Part shown: in pieces, positions 11,895-26,172 of the stretch
Position numbering within the stretch: position 1 is the stretch's first letter
How the letters are laid out: each line of letters opens with the position of its first letter
Source of the DNA: Eledone cirrhosa
Taxonomy: Eukaryota
Direction: 5' to 3'
Length of the DNA: 64,000 nucleotides
Assembly: GCA_964016885.1 (NCBI GenBank)
Contig: OZ024752.1
Location: 28,024,001 to 28,088,000 of the forward strand
The notes under the pieces: generated by a model
Database searches by the model: none
What the model was told of the DNA's origin: nothing
What the model saw: only the letters and a program-made list of their open reading frames with translations
Translations under genes and position numbers: made by a program

Positions 11895-12516
11895 TATATA
11901 TATATCGTTGTTGTTAAAGTTCACACCTTTGCAGGTTTAGGTGGCCTCCTCCAAGGTATATCTCGTTGGAGATGTCTTGGGTGATTTCTACAGCTCAGTA
12001 AACTGGAGCAATATATATATATATATATTGCTCCAGTTTACTCAGCTGTAGAAATATATATATATATACACGTAATGTAGGTATTACCATCGTTTTTGAA
12101 CTGACTTATGAAGTGTAAACAGATAAATATGGCAGATTATGCTTATGGATTTCAAAGCACATTGTGTCTTCATGGGAAAACATCTATGTTTTATTCTGTC
12201 TGAAATATTGCTATAAAAACGGTATATATATATATGTGTTATAAAAAATCCCAGCAAATGCTTAGATATAAGAATCCATACTTATATCTGCATAAATGTT
12301 AACATAAATGATTCAAATATACACTCTCTCTGTTATTATTTACTTAAATATATTGCCAAACGTATGTCTGCAGGTCGTGCTAATTTGATAGTCCATTTCT
12401 ATATTATTTATGGCATATATAACAATATTCTTCCATACAGAGATACGTATGTCTATCTCAAATGCAAAAGAATAAATTAGTTGAAACGCTTCACCTTACA
12501 CACTTCGTTATTTTCA

Positions 12517-12651
12517 CGGTGGTTTAATAGAATTATGAGAACATCAGAAAAAATACTGAATTTCGTGATTGCTCTGTATATTTTGAGTTCAAATCCTGCC
12601 GAAGTCAACATTGCCGTTCATCTTTCCAGGATCGATAAAATAATGTACCAG
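12517..12651 (+). mobile_element. Diverged tRNA-derived SINE
   Basis: gagttcaaatcctgccgaagtcaacattgccgttcatctttccaggatcgataaaataatgtacc. Confidence 0.7.
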
Positions 12652-13196
12652 CCACACAAAGTGTCAATTTAAATTATAAATCATTTGGGTCAGTTCCCTT
12701 GGTAAGTGAAACGAGAGCTGAACACAACGATTGCAAAGCGTATGCTATGGCCATTCATTAATTATAGAAAATAACTTTATAATATATAGAAGTGTTATTC
12801 AAATGAGAAGAAATGTATGCAATAAGCACATCAATTGTATCAGGAACATTGTAATTATTTGTGGATGGGAAATTTATAGTATATCGCCAAGTGAACTCCA
12901 ATGAATGTAGAGCATACATGGAATATTACAATAGCAGGAATGTGACAATTGTAACACAATGAAAAGAAGAATATATATATTCTTTTTATGAAATACATTT
13001 AATACAAATATATTACAAATATATAAAATATGTTTTGGTGTTAATATAAGAAACGTGATAGCATAACATATTTCCTATTATATGTAGTTTGAAAACAAAA
13101 TCACACTGTAATATAAAAATGTAATGATATATGAAATGTAGTCGACAGAATGGTAGAGCAAAACTGAAAATATGTTATTGATGATCTTATTTACAG

Positions 13197-13304
13197 TCTG
13201 AGAAACGTATGAGATTTGAAGAGACTTGCCGCAGAATTCTTCCATACATGGAACAAACTTTGGGCATGTACAATGGTGGAAACCAATTCTTTATGGGAGA
13301 CCAG
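13197..13304 (+). CDS. S-crystallin gene 1, exon 5
   Basis: tttacAG acceptor; [36 protein letters not shown]; GTAATT donor. Confidence 0.96.
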
Positions 13305-14361
13305 GTAATTACAGAGTTTTTACTTTTTATGAAAATATAAAAATAAGGTTAACGAATTAATTTATAAAGGAAATGAGTTAAAAAGAATTTTATCGGATTT
13401 CATGCTACATTGAAATAACATCAAGCAAAACACACAGCAGATATGCAGTACAGCCGTTGCTTGATTTGGTATTTTTAATGTTTCTAACTGATCTGTACAA
13501 AACACTATACTAGTTGGAAGCTGAATAAATACTCGAATAACAAGGTTCGCCGTTTGAATGTAAACAGAAAATAGTAGCTCTTATGAACGCATTCATTCGT
13601 GGACTTACACGCTACATTTTTCACATTTCATAAACTTTCGTTTGTGTATCTTTGTATCTTCCAACGAAACTAGTATATTTTCTTTCACATGTTGCTCTCA
13701 GCTGCCATGTTGTATAGACATCGACAACCTAATTTTCACTAGTTTTAGATTAAGTTTAACATCATCACCACATGACATCCACTTTTTACTAACTTTTGAT
13801 AAAAGAACAAAACATATATCGCCATGTAATACTTAATTCATGCTCAGTTAACTGAAAATATAATATTGATTAAAGCTTAAAATATAATGCGCTCTAATCA
13901 ATTGGATTGTTTGAGAAACTGAATGTTTTGTCTATAAGTATCACCGGATATGGAATCAACGTGGCATATAACATGCCTTGCAGTGTTTAATTATATACTT
14001 TCGATTGCTGTGTTTAACAGATCGAGGTTTACCAGTGCGTTAACAATGATTATGCTGGATTTATTGCAATCGAATACATTTCTAGCTCTATCTGTATTTA
14101 CTCGTATCTATGTATCAAATCATAGCTTGGGAGAAAGTATAGAGCTTTGAAAACAATGCGCGCATCTATTTAGTTGTGTTTCTATTAGTCGTGATTCCTA
14201 AAGTTAAAATATGCCCGAATTTGACATTGCCTTCTATTCTTCTTGGGGTTTACAATGTCTAGTACGATAACAGTAATTCTTTCTATTTAATCTATAGATT
14301 TCCACCTGTGTGTCTATTATAAATTAGTACATTTATTATTTTTAATATTTATCATCTACAG

Positions 14362-14526
14362 ATGTCCATGGCAGATTTCATGTGCTACTGTGCTCTTGAG
14401 AACCCAATGATGGAAAACTCATCCTTCCTCAGCAGTTATCCAAGACTCATGTCTTTGAGAGATCGTGTGATGAACCACTCTAAGCTGTCCAGCTACTTGC
14501 AGAGAAGATGCCAAACAGATTTCTAA
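14362..14526 (+). CDS. S-crystallin gene 1, exon 6 (to stop)
   Basis: ctacAG acceptor; [54 protein letters not shown]. The six exons sum to 648 nt = 215 aa plus stop, with an intact frame. Confidence 0.96.
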   Translation: MSMADFMCYCALENPMMENSSFLSSYPRLMSLRDRVMNHSKLSSYLQRRCQTDF

Positions 14527-15070
14527 AACAGCAACAATAAGTGTTACAATGATAGTAAAGTTTCAACAAGAAAAAGGCGAAATTTAAAAGCCAGTACAAC
14601 AAAACGAAGTATTGCAAGAATAGCAGTAGTTTGACTGAAACTAGGAACAATAACACTAAAATTCATCACTCCGATATATAAGTCCAATCTCAAGAAAAAC
14701 TAATAAATTAATTAACAAAAATTAGCAAAGAATGGCCAATTTATTAAACATCCAAAAGAAATAGAAAACGAAAAGTGTTTGAGAGAATTGTTACATATTT
14801 ATGTGAATTAATGTGAAAATATTATTTGCAAGATGTATCATTCATAGAACATTCGTTTGTAATATGTTTGAATGTCGTTGACAGGCACGGCACTGAGACG
14901 ATTCAATTAGTAGTATAGCATTCAGTATTAATAATAAAGATAGTATCATAAGTTTGTATGAGTTAGATAATAAACTGAAAACAACGTTGTATCATATACA
15001 ATGCCTTATGAAGTTTGTGGAAAAATACAGAAATCCTACAAATGTTATTTTTAATAATATTAAGTAGAAT

Positions 15071-15076
15071 AATAAA
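15071..15076 (+). terminator. Probable polyadenylation signal of gene 1
   Basis: AATAAA at the end of a 3'UTR alignable with gene 2's. Another AATAAA lies at 14933-14938. Confidence 0.55.
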
Positions 15077-15131
15077 ATCAGAATTACAACAAATATGTGG
15101 TATTTGACTCTTGTTTTCATTTCTTCTATTG

Positions 15132-15214
<83 letters not shown>

Positions 15215-15656
15215 TAAATATAAAAAAACCGTAGAGCTAATATGTATTATATGAACAGAATAAAGTTTAAGCAAAGAATCGCTGCTTTCAACCTTAACGG
15301 GATCTTTTGAAACTGAAAGAAATCAATATGTAGACGCAGAAGTAAATATTTAAAATAATGTTACAACCGAAGGAAAACAAGAACGATACGTTGGTTCGTG
15401 AAGACCTTCTTTAGCGATGGACGAATAAATGCGAGGATAATTATGACATAATATTGAGCGAGAAGAACAGTTTCTTCCAAAGACAAAAATATATTTATGC
15501 TATGAAAGAAATCATTAGACTAATATTCTATTTATAATAACCGAATGATTTCAAGCTCCGAAATTTGAGAATAATATAAATAAAATTATTAAACAAAAAT
15601 GACAGAAGTTATGAATAATAGTAAAAGTATATAATAGTAAATAGTAAAAGTAAATA

Positions 15657-15745
15657 ATTGTTTCTACTTTTGGCACAAGGCCAGCAATTATCCCAGTGTA
15701 TTACTGGTACTTTATTTTATCGACCCCGTAAGGATGAAAGGCAGA
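15657..15745 (-). mobile_element. SINE 3' half
   Basis: Reverse complement of the SINE core and tail. Confidence 0.8.
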
Positions 15746-16348
15746 GTAAAAGTAAATAATGATGGTGTTTGTGTGTATGTGTTTATATATATAAACACAC
15801 GCACCAGTTGAGTCTCATGCATTTGACTTATAATATTTAACAATTACATAACCAAACGTTTACTATAATAACCGATAAATGGATGATTTACTTAGCTAAG
15901 AATAGATTGAATTGAAACTTAACTGGGGCGAGTATTTTGATTAGCAAATGTTCAATTTTGAATGACAATATTGTCTTAACGTGTGATAAATGTCAAAATA
16001 TTGAAAGGCAAATAAAAGAAACAATATGTGTACGAGAAAATATGGGAAAATAGGCTTAAAATGGAAACGTTATAAATAAATACATAACTGTGAAAATGTT
16101 ATTATATATAGTAGATAGTCTTTTTGAAGTTGCTTCGCTTGTGTAGTCTTAGCTTCTAAGACTATATATATATATATATATATATTGTTATACTTTGGGA
16201 GGGTCATGTTGCCAATAATTCAGAAACGAAATATATATATTTATATATATATATATATTATATATAATTTATCGACAACTTGCTTCGCTTGTGTAGTCTT
16301 AGCTTTTAAGACTATATATATACTAATATATATATATATATTTATATA

Positions 16349-16391
<43 letters not shown>

Positions 16392-16410
16392 TAATATATA
16401 TATATATATA

Positions 16411-16465
<55 letters not shown>

Positions 16466-16473
16466 ATATATAT

Positions 16474-19400
16474 AGGCTAAAACGAACATTAATTCTAAAC
16501 ATAAAAAAGAACATTAATTCTAAAACACAAAAAAGAACATTAATTCTAAAACACAAGCAGATAGGCTAAAACGAACATTAATTCTAAACATAAAAAAGAA
16601 GATCTATAGAGAATTAAGTCATCAAGAAAAACAAAAGCGTAACCTAATACAAGAAATAGCTAGAATCACCACACCAAGAGAGAAACTAATATTTATAAGC
16701 CTTATACGCCCTGAAAACAGTACATTACTCAAGAATGTGATAAGCACTTTAACAGGAAACTAAAGTGGCTTAAACAGGCAAAGCTAAATCAGGATACTAT
16801 AGAGTATACCAATAGATATCCCGACAAAATTGACGGTATCAACATGGCCGACACCTCATTATCAGAAGAGTTCAACAACAAAAACACCAACATTTATGGG
16901 AACACAAAAATAGATAATGATGAAATGTCTGTGTTATGTTTGCCGCCGAAATTTGCGACATTCAAGAAGGTAAATATGATTAGTTGTCTGTCAGAAATAG
17001 AAAAATCATTTACAAAACTACGCTGGAGCATCAAAAACAAAAGCAACAATATACGCACACACATATACAACACACATCCCAACAACAACAGACACACAGA
17101 CACAAACAACAATAACAACAACACACACATCAACAACAACAACAATAGCAACATACCCAGAAACAAAAACAACAGACACGCAGACACAAACAACAATAAC
17201 AACACACGCAACAACGATAACACACACGGAGACAACAACAACACACATCAACAACAGCACACATCAACAACAACAACACACACGCATTCAATGCCTATCA
17301 CCACCACCACAATCTTAACAAACACACAGACACAGAAAACAAGTAATGACAGTAGCACAGAAATCACAGAAATAAGGAAAAGGAGAAGGGAGACTAAGGA
17401 CAAAGAGAATAACCAAGACGAACACACAGACACACAAAATAGGGTAGATAACAACGTTGAGCCAGTGGAAAGAGACAGGAGTAATTATGAGAGACATAGA
17501 AACAACCATGAGGCTGTTGGTGGAAATAGAAATAGAAACAACACAACTAACAATAACAATAGCACTAGTACACATAAAACAGCAGCCTGGAACTCTCCGT
17601 TTTATAATCCCTCCGATAAATCATTCGACCTGCGACGAGTCCACGCCACGACTTTACCATTTAACAAACGCACGCAGTTGCCGTCGCAGGTCGATGAACA
17701 AACAGAAGCACAATTTAGTATAGCTAGATCCGAACTTAGAAATATTATAGAACAGTATAGCAAGAAGCATAATAGAATAGAGGCCCAGCAACTGGGAGAA
17801 AAATCTGCAAATGGCTTGCGTAAGCTCATGCAGCGCTCGCGTAATGGAGAGATAGCATGCTTTCCAACAGACAAGTCTGGCAGAATGTCGGTTGACAGCC
17901 TGCCAAACTACATCCAGGCAATGCAACCCCACATCACTAACACAAGAGAGGTAACACCACAGGAGCATGAGGATAGAGAAAAAGCCCTCAATGCCCATAT
18001 GATGATGTGGACGAATATAATGCAGCCCAACAAAAGGACTGCCAACAACTTCCAGGCCTGGAACAATGACGTGCCGGCGTTGTATGGGCTTCGAAAAGAC
18101 CATAAAACGGGCTGTCTGTGGAGCTAACATTGCTAGTAACTACAGACTGTTCTACTTCCTCTCCCTGATCATACGCCCCATCATTGAGATGTCCCCAGAT
18201 GTATGTGACAGCACGGAGGACCTCCTTAGCAGAATCGGCGTGAGTAACCGATCTGGGGACCTAACAAACTGCATAATAGGCAGTATGGATGTTGTGTCCC
18301 TGTATCCATCTATTGACGTGGATTTTGCTGTGGAGAAATGCGTAGAAATGATCAGCGAGAGCAAGGTTGAGTTCCGTGGGATTGATACCAGTGAGCTGGG
18401 ACTTCTACTTAAGCTTACCCATAGTAATAGTTACCTAGACACTTATGACCTTAGCAACCTGTGCCCTACAAGACCAGCAAGAGGCAGACCACCTACCATT
18501 ACCTCAATGGCCAAGAAAACCCACACAGATAGATGGAACGGGTGGACCAGAGCCATACGGACACCCGAAAACCACGATGAACTGAAGAAAATGATTGCAC
18601 ATGCGGTAGGGGCCAGCATAAAATTAACCCTTAAGGAACATATGTTCAAATTTAATGGAAAAACATATGCCCAAGAGGAAGGAGCAGCCATTGGTGTTAG
18701 CATTGCAGGCGACATAGCTAACTTATTCATGGTATGGTGGGACAGTAGACTTAAACTTAAACTTAAAGAACAATTAGAAGACAGCTTAACCCTGATAATG
18801 TACTCCCGCTACGTAGATGATATAAACATCGTAGTTAAGACACCCCCACTAGAGAACAGTCAGGAACAAGAGAAAAACACAATGGAAAGCATCCAGCAAA
18901 TAGCAAACTCCATCCACCAGAGCATTAGCGTTACTATAGACTACCCAAGTAGACACCCCAACCATCGATTACCTGTACTAGACACAGAGCTCTGGTTAGA
19001 TACCATTAACAACCAAAAACAAATCCTCCATTCCCATTATGCCAAACCCATGACTTCCAAACATCTGATCCACCGAAACTCGGCCATTTCGGACCATACC
19101 AAAATCAACATACTGATTGCGGATTTGGTACGGGTGATGAGAAATGTGTCCCGCATGTGCAACCCCGAAGAACTAGAGAGATACATACAACACTTCATCC
19201 ACCGTATGCAGTTCTCTGGCTACAATCAGAGAGATAGAATCAGAGTGTATAGAGGAGCCAGAACCAAATGGGAATAAATGGTAAATAATGACATAAATGG
19301 GACCTGCCCCTTGTATAGGAGCAAATTTTGGAATAGAATAGAAAGAATTAGGAACAAGGCCAATAGAATAAACTCATGGTATGATAGCAATAAATACCAG

Positions 19401-20352
19401 AGTGTAATGTTCATCAATACAACCCCTAGAGGCGAACTAGCCTACACATTTAGAAGGGCCCTAAATAAACATAAACTCAATATTAAGATAGTAGAAAGAC
19501 CAGGTAGCTCCGTAAAAACACTTATTAGCAAGACATACCCGTTCCAAAGACCCTCATGTATAGATAAGAAATGTATAACCTGTAAAATAAGCCCCCATAT
19601 TAACTGTAAAACTAGAAATGTAGTGTATAGCATAAGATGTACTGAAGGACAGTGTAGAAACAAAAATGTAGTGTACATAGGTGAGACAGCTCGTAGTATA
19701 GGGGAACGGATAAATGAACACTGGCGAGACCTTCAAGATAATAAAGAATCATCTGTACTCTACCAACATGCTAAGATAGAACACAAGGGTAAATTAGAGA
19801 ACATAGAAATAAAAATAGAATCCACACACAGAAAAGATGCAATGTTTAGGCAAATTACAGAGGCAGTAAGCATAAAAGAATTACAACCAAAATTAAATAG
19901 AAGATATGAGTGGAACAGCAACATCACAATATACAATTAAGGACAAAATGAAAACACACACACACATAGAACAAACAACCAACCAACAACATGTAAATAA
20001 ATAAACAAATAGATAAATGAACACAAACACACACAGACACCCGGATGTGGCGCATGCGCAAACTGAGCACACAACACACACACAGAAACAAAATGGCGTA
20101 GGACAGAAGAAAGGAAAGGCACAGAAACGAAGAAAGGAATCCCCAGTCACTGAAGAGGTCACAGAGTGTGTGATGAAAGGACTATAACTATATATAAACA
20201 ACTACCTGGTTGTGGAACCAACCAACCAACCAGAAATTTATAAGTTTGTAGATTTGTAAATTTATAAATTTATAAATATATAATAAATTGAAGTGAAAGC
20301 AACTGGTGCGTGTGTTTCTTATTGGCAACATGACCCTCCCAAAGTATAACAA
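16474..20352 (+). mobile_element. Near-full-length Penelope-like retroelement (RT plus C-terminal GIY-YIG), disrupted ORF
   Basis: ORFs 16844-18127, 18066-19277 and 19278-19940 form one broken ORF: PTDKSG, LYGLRKDHK, SMDVVSLYPSI, QEEGAAIG, RYVDD, LPVLD, Cys linker, NVVYSIRC...YIGET.R...ERINEH...HAKIEH. 3' pseudo-LTR with hammerhead; embedded in (TA)n. Clade (Nematis- or Neptune-like) not resolved. Confidence 0.93.
20145..20189 (+). ncRNA. Hammerhead ribozyme of the large PLE
   Basis: agtca CTGAAGA ggtcaca gagtg tgtgat GAAA ggac TA taact; one helix I mismatch relative to the 10940 copy. Confidence 0.72.
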
Positions 20353-20366
20353 TATATATATATATT

Positions 20367-20453
<87 letters not shown>

Positions 20454-20634
20454 AGCGGCGATGAATTAGTTATTAATTAATCTGTTATTAATCTGTTATT
20501 AATTCTGGCAATATTACACAAATATGACCCTCCCCAAGTATAACAATATATATATATATATATATATACTAATATATATATATATTTATATATATAAATA
20601 CAATATCGGAGAAAGCTTTTTAGCGACACTCCGG

Positions 20635-20697
<63 letters not shown>

Positions 20698-20770
20698 TAC
20701 ATATATATTAGTATATATATATAGTCTTAAAAGCTAAGACTACACAAGCGAAGCAAGTTATCGATAAATA

Positions 20771-21365
20771 TATAAAGAGCAAAAGGCAATCCAAGTCAAT
20801 GAAAAACATCTTCACGCATGCCAAAGTACTGCCAACCACAACAACGAAACCCACAGTAAAAAAATGCGATACACTCAACTGTGGCATTTGCATCAACCTA
20901 ATAGAGGGTTCGGAGTTCTATTTCAAAGATGGACAACGTTTTATAGTAAAACACAATTTCACATGTGCATCGGAAAATCTAATATATGTATTAACTTGTT
21001 CAGGTTGTCGAGAACAATACATAGGCCAGACCAAAAAAAGCCTCCGCCAAAGCATGACTGTCCATAGATCCCAAATTAAAATACGGGAATACAGGAAAAT
21101 ACCACTGAGTGAACACATTGATACCTGTGCCGCCCAAAATCATCCCAACTTCAGAATCTTTCCCCTCTACAAATTTAAAGATAATGCCACCCACACCCAG
21201 CGCATCAGCAAGGAATCTTACTTCATTAACAAATACGGACCCCGTCTAAACACTTCTCCCACGAACCCACAACATACACACGTCAACATACATACCTACA
21301 TCAGCACACATCTCTACCCACATATAAACACAATGACACACGTAAACACACATGCTCTGTCGTGC
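20771..21365 (+). mobile_element. PLE GIY-YIG endonuclease fragment (Neptune-type)
   Basis: CDTLNCGIC...FTCASENLIYVLTCSGCREQYIGQTKKSLRQ.MTVH...SEHIDTC...KESYFINKYGPRLN; homologous to about 1540-1800. Confidence 0.88.
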
Positions 21366-21593
21366 AATACAAAAAAATATATGTGCATATATATGTATGT
21401 ATATATGTATATATATATATGTAGTGAATATATGTATGTGTATATATATATAGTGAATATCATTTCACACCTTTTATTGTTTAAGATTTTTGATGTTCTA
21501 TTAAGAGAACCGATTTTACTGAAAAAATCGAATAATGTACACCATTTTACCAGGGGGAAAAAAATACTGGTCCACCCATCCACACACACACAA

Positions 21594-21624
<31 letters not shown>

Positions 21625-21786
21625 AACACATACACACGCGTACATCAACAGACAAAGAGACTTATACACACACACACACACACGCACTTCTCCGTATAAG
21701 ACAAAAGCTGAAAAATATCTTTTGACATGCTAAACTACCCCCCATTGCTTTCAGACACATTCTTACTGACCATCGAATTACTCTGC

Positions 21787-21873
<87 letters not shown>

Positions 21874-21944
21874 ATCTTAATAGCCATATGACACACATCG
21901 CTGCTGGCCATTGTCGCAGCATCGAACACCTTACTACTACTACT

Positions 21945-21999
<55 letters not shown>

Positions 22000-22475
22000 T
22001 ATTTGTTGTGAAAGAGTCATTTCTCAATCTTGGCGCAAAACCAATTTTTTATCCACATGACCTCTACCGACCAATCAAAATTGTTTGACCAAGAATTTTT
22101 GCTGGAGCCACTTTTTTAACATAAAAACAGTCTTGGCGCAAAATCAACTTTTTACATTCACATGACCTCTACCGACCAATCAAAATTGTTTTGACCACAA
22201 GCATTTTTGCAACACAAAAATAACGCTGGAGCTACTTTTTTAACATAAAAACAGGTAGAATTCCCAAAACTAATCAGATCAGAGCAAACAGCACGGACAC
22301 TCTATCTCAAAATTATTTTTGAAAAGCATTTAGAAATGCGCAACCGGTAAAAACTTAAAAACTTAAAACCACAACTGAATACTAACCCATACAATCACTA
22401 ATACTCTTTTATTCCTAATTAAACCATTTTTCAACTGTGAACAATTTGTTAGCATTTTCTATTCCGTTTACCAAT
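22000..22475 (+). mobile_element. Repeat terminus (gaaatgcgcaaccggt family) with an internal ~105-nt tandem duplication
   Basis: Reverse-strand homologs at 40138-40328 and 51300-51502; ends in (TA)n. Confidence 0.65.
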
Positions 22476-22498
22476 ATATATATTTATATATATATATT

Positions 22499-22935
<437 letters not shown>

Positions 22936-22941
22936 ATATAA

Positions 22942-25590
22942 GTATAAGGGGTATTTAATTTGTTGGAATCCGACAAATATAAATGTTTATAACTGATTTA
23001 GAGCACTCAAGAGAGTACTACTGGAGTAAATATTCAATGATATTAAATAAATGGAAACTATATTTTTAAACCATATTTATTTTATTATATATATTTCAAG
23101 GTTACCAAGACACATTGGTACGCTTTCATCAGATAAAATACAAAGTTTGTTTTATAAATAGAGACATACCCATGAAAATCATACCTTATCGGTTGCAAAT
23201 TCACTGGATACTGGAAATATATTAGGGATTTTTCAAACTTATGTGTGAATATGCAAATGAATATGTAAATAATTGAAACACAACCGTTTATTTAAACGAC
23301 AATGGAGAGAGAGAAGAGATAAGAGGAGAAGGATAAAATAGTGCGAGCGAGAGAGAGAGAGAGTGAGAGAGAGAAGAGAGAAACAAGAGAAGACGAATAA
23401 AAGCTCATAATGTTAATTTGAGGGAATATATTCTGAGTATATATCTTGATAGTACGTGTATTTACGATTATTAGTTGTTTAAAATTTGTTTATAATACAA
23501 TATTTTTCTTCTGTTATAAGTAGATAAATAAATAAATAAATACATATAAATAAATAAATAAATAAATAGATGGGTATATGTTGTTATAGATAATTGTTCT
23601 AATGAGTTATGAGGGATATTGGTTTTGTATTTATGTAAATAAATATTAAGTTAAATTAAATTAAATTCACTGAGTTAATAAGAAAATTTATATTTATATG
23701 ATTTAAAATGGGAAGATACGGAAAAACTCCGGTTTAATTTAATTATTCGTTAGTGTGAGACTATTTAGTTAAAATAAGTATAGATGTTGAAATATGCATT
23801 TAGCCAGAATCAGTTAGTGGTTATAAATCTATTGAAAAATATTGAATATTGAAAAAATATTGAAGAAGTATTGAAAACATGTTGAAAAATTTGAGATCAT
23901 TTTTTTAAAAATAATTTATAAGAGATAAGTAATTTTTAAAGAAATAAAAATTATTAAAATTAAAATTAAAATAAAAAAAAAAATTAGAATTATATACGTA
24001 TATATTTTATGAAATTTTAAGAAGTGGAATTATAGCAAATCTTATATATATTATGATTTAGAGATATCAATATATTAAAACCAAGTGGATGAGATTGTTA
24101 TGGAAATAAGTAGAAATATTATAAGTATAATTATAAGTTATATATAGTTCTGAATGTTGAATTCTGGCGATGTCTACAAGAATTAAATAAATTCGTTCTT
24201 AGATTAATAGAGTTTTTACATTTAAGTAAGTAAAAAATGTCCTCAATATACAATTTACAAAATCTTGATAAAGCTGTGTTTCGGTACGCGGGTGCTTTTG
24301 AAACTGTTTCCCAAACTAATGAATAGTCCATATTCTTGCATTTTAAGTTCCATATCAGGTTTGAAAGAGAAGTTGAAGATTTTTATCAAATCTTCAGAAA
24401 GAGCAATTGTGGTTATTCCAGCGACTTTTAAATTCTGTAGAAGTTGCACCGACATAGCTAAATATATTATCACTAGTTTTAACTGTACATTTATAGACCA
24501 CGTTTTTATCTAAACACTTATTTTGTAAAGGACAGTTTGATTTAATTCCACAGTTACATTTTGCGGAGTTGTTGTTGTTGTTCGAAACGGTAATATTATG
24601 TTGGATATTGTTAGAGATATTACTGCTATTTTGGTTATTTTGGTTAGGGTTTAAATTTCTATTATTAATTCTATTTATATGTTGTGCTATGATCATAGTA
24701 GTAGAGTAGGATAGTTTTATAGTATGTCTGTTAAAGATTAAGTGGTATCTGTGGGCTTTAGGAAAACATTTATCTAGTGCTTTAAAGAATAGCTTTGCTA
24801 AAGGTGTTTTTACGCTTAATGAGAATGGGGGTGAGTACCAAATAATATTTCTAGTTCTAGTTCTTCTGTTAGTTTTAGATTTTAAGTTAACATTTTTTTT
24901 ATTATTATAACTAGCTGACGTACCCAGCTTCGCCCGGGTAAAAATAAATATTCTTATTAACTCAGTTAAGTTAATTTAATTTCACTGAATATTTATTTAC
25001 ATTAAATACAAAATCAATATCCCTCATAACTCATTAGAAGAATTATCTATAACATGATATACCCATCTATTTATTTATTTATGTATTTATTTATTTATTT
25101 ATCTACTTATAACAGAAGAAAAATATTATATTATAAACAAATTTTAAACAACTAATAATCGTAAATACACGTACTATTAAGATATATACTTAGAATATAT
25201 TTCCCTCAAATTAACGTTATATGAGCTTTTATTCATCCTCTCTTGTTTCTTTCTTCTCTCTCTCGCACTATTTTAGCCTTCTCCTCTTATCTCTACTCCC
25301 TCTCTCTCTATCTCTCTCTCTCCATAGTCGTTTAAATAAACGGTTATTTTTCAATTATTTACATATTCATTTGCATATTCACACATAAGTTTGAAAAATC
25401 CCTAATATATTTCTACTATCCGTGATTTTCCAACCGATAAGGTATGATTTTCATGGGTATGTCTCTATTTATAAAACAAACTTTGTATTTTATCTGTTGA
25501 AAGCGTACCAATGGGTCTTGGCACACTTGAACTATATATACTAAAATAAATATGGTTTTATAAATATAGTTTCCATTTATTTAATATCCT
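22942..25590 (-). mobile_element. 5'-truncated PLE with a ~640-nt inverted pseudo-LTR (arms about 23039-23690 and 24945-25588)
   Basis: Minus-strand remnant at about 24131-24895: RTRNIIWYSPPFS...IFNRHTIKLSYST...CNCGIKSNCPLQNKCLDKNVVYKCTV...YVGATSTEFKSRWNNH...CKL...SCRH. Long diverged inverted repeat flanks it. Confidence 0.85.
23078..23140 (-). ncRNA. Minimal hammerhead ribozyme
   Basis: tattttat CTGATGA aagcgtacca atgtgtct tggtaacctt GAAA tatata TA ataaaata: 8-bp helix I and palindromic helix III. Decayed inverted copy at about 25486-25548. Confidence 0.8.
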
Positions 25591-25833
25591 TGTAATATCA
25601 TTGTATATAATAATAACATTTCTACTGCCTCTTCGCTTCCACGTATTTTTTTGTTTTTCGTTCTCTGTTTACCGTCGCAACTTTAATATATATATTCCTC
25701 ATTTTTTGAATCAGTTCGAGCACATCTTTCAGAACTGCTGGACTAGCAACCTGACAGATACCTCGGGCACAGAAAGTGATTATCGCTAAATGCTGATGTT
25801 GGTTAGATTATCAATATTAGTATTATTGGGGCA

Positions 25834-25959
25834 CCCACTGATGATTTATAGGGGCCCACTTGAATATATATCTATTGATGGTATACAAGCTCCTACATAA
25901 ATTCGTATAATTTCACCCAATTGTAGGAATCCTATAATGAAACGAGACGTCCGTCTGGG
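25834..25959 (+). ncRNA. Hammerhead ribozyme with long helix II insertion
   Basis: ccca CTGATGA tttatagg [~80 nt] cctataat GAAA cgagacgtccg TC tggg. Confidence 0.65.
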
Positions 25960-26126
25960 AAGAGATAGATTAGATATGTCTCATATGAAATAATACAGCC
26001 AATTTTCCACGTAATACTTTTAGTTAGCACCCCGAACACATAATTGGGAATATAATCACTTATTTCCTAATGTTTGTTGAGTGAGTTGGAATTTGGCCGG
26101 AGTATCGCTAAAAAGCTTTCTCCGAT

Positions 26127-26172
<46 letters not shown>

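Noticed and set aside
19275-19277. Possible programmed read-through or selenocysteine between the RT and endonuclease ORFs
   Set aside because: The codon is TAA, not TGA, and the sister copy has AAA, so it is a point mutation.
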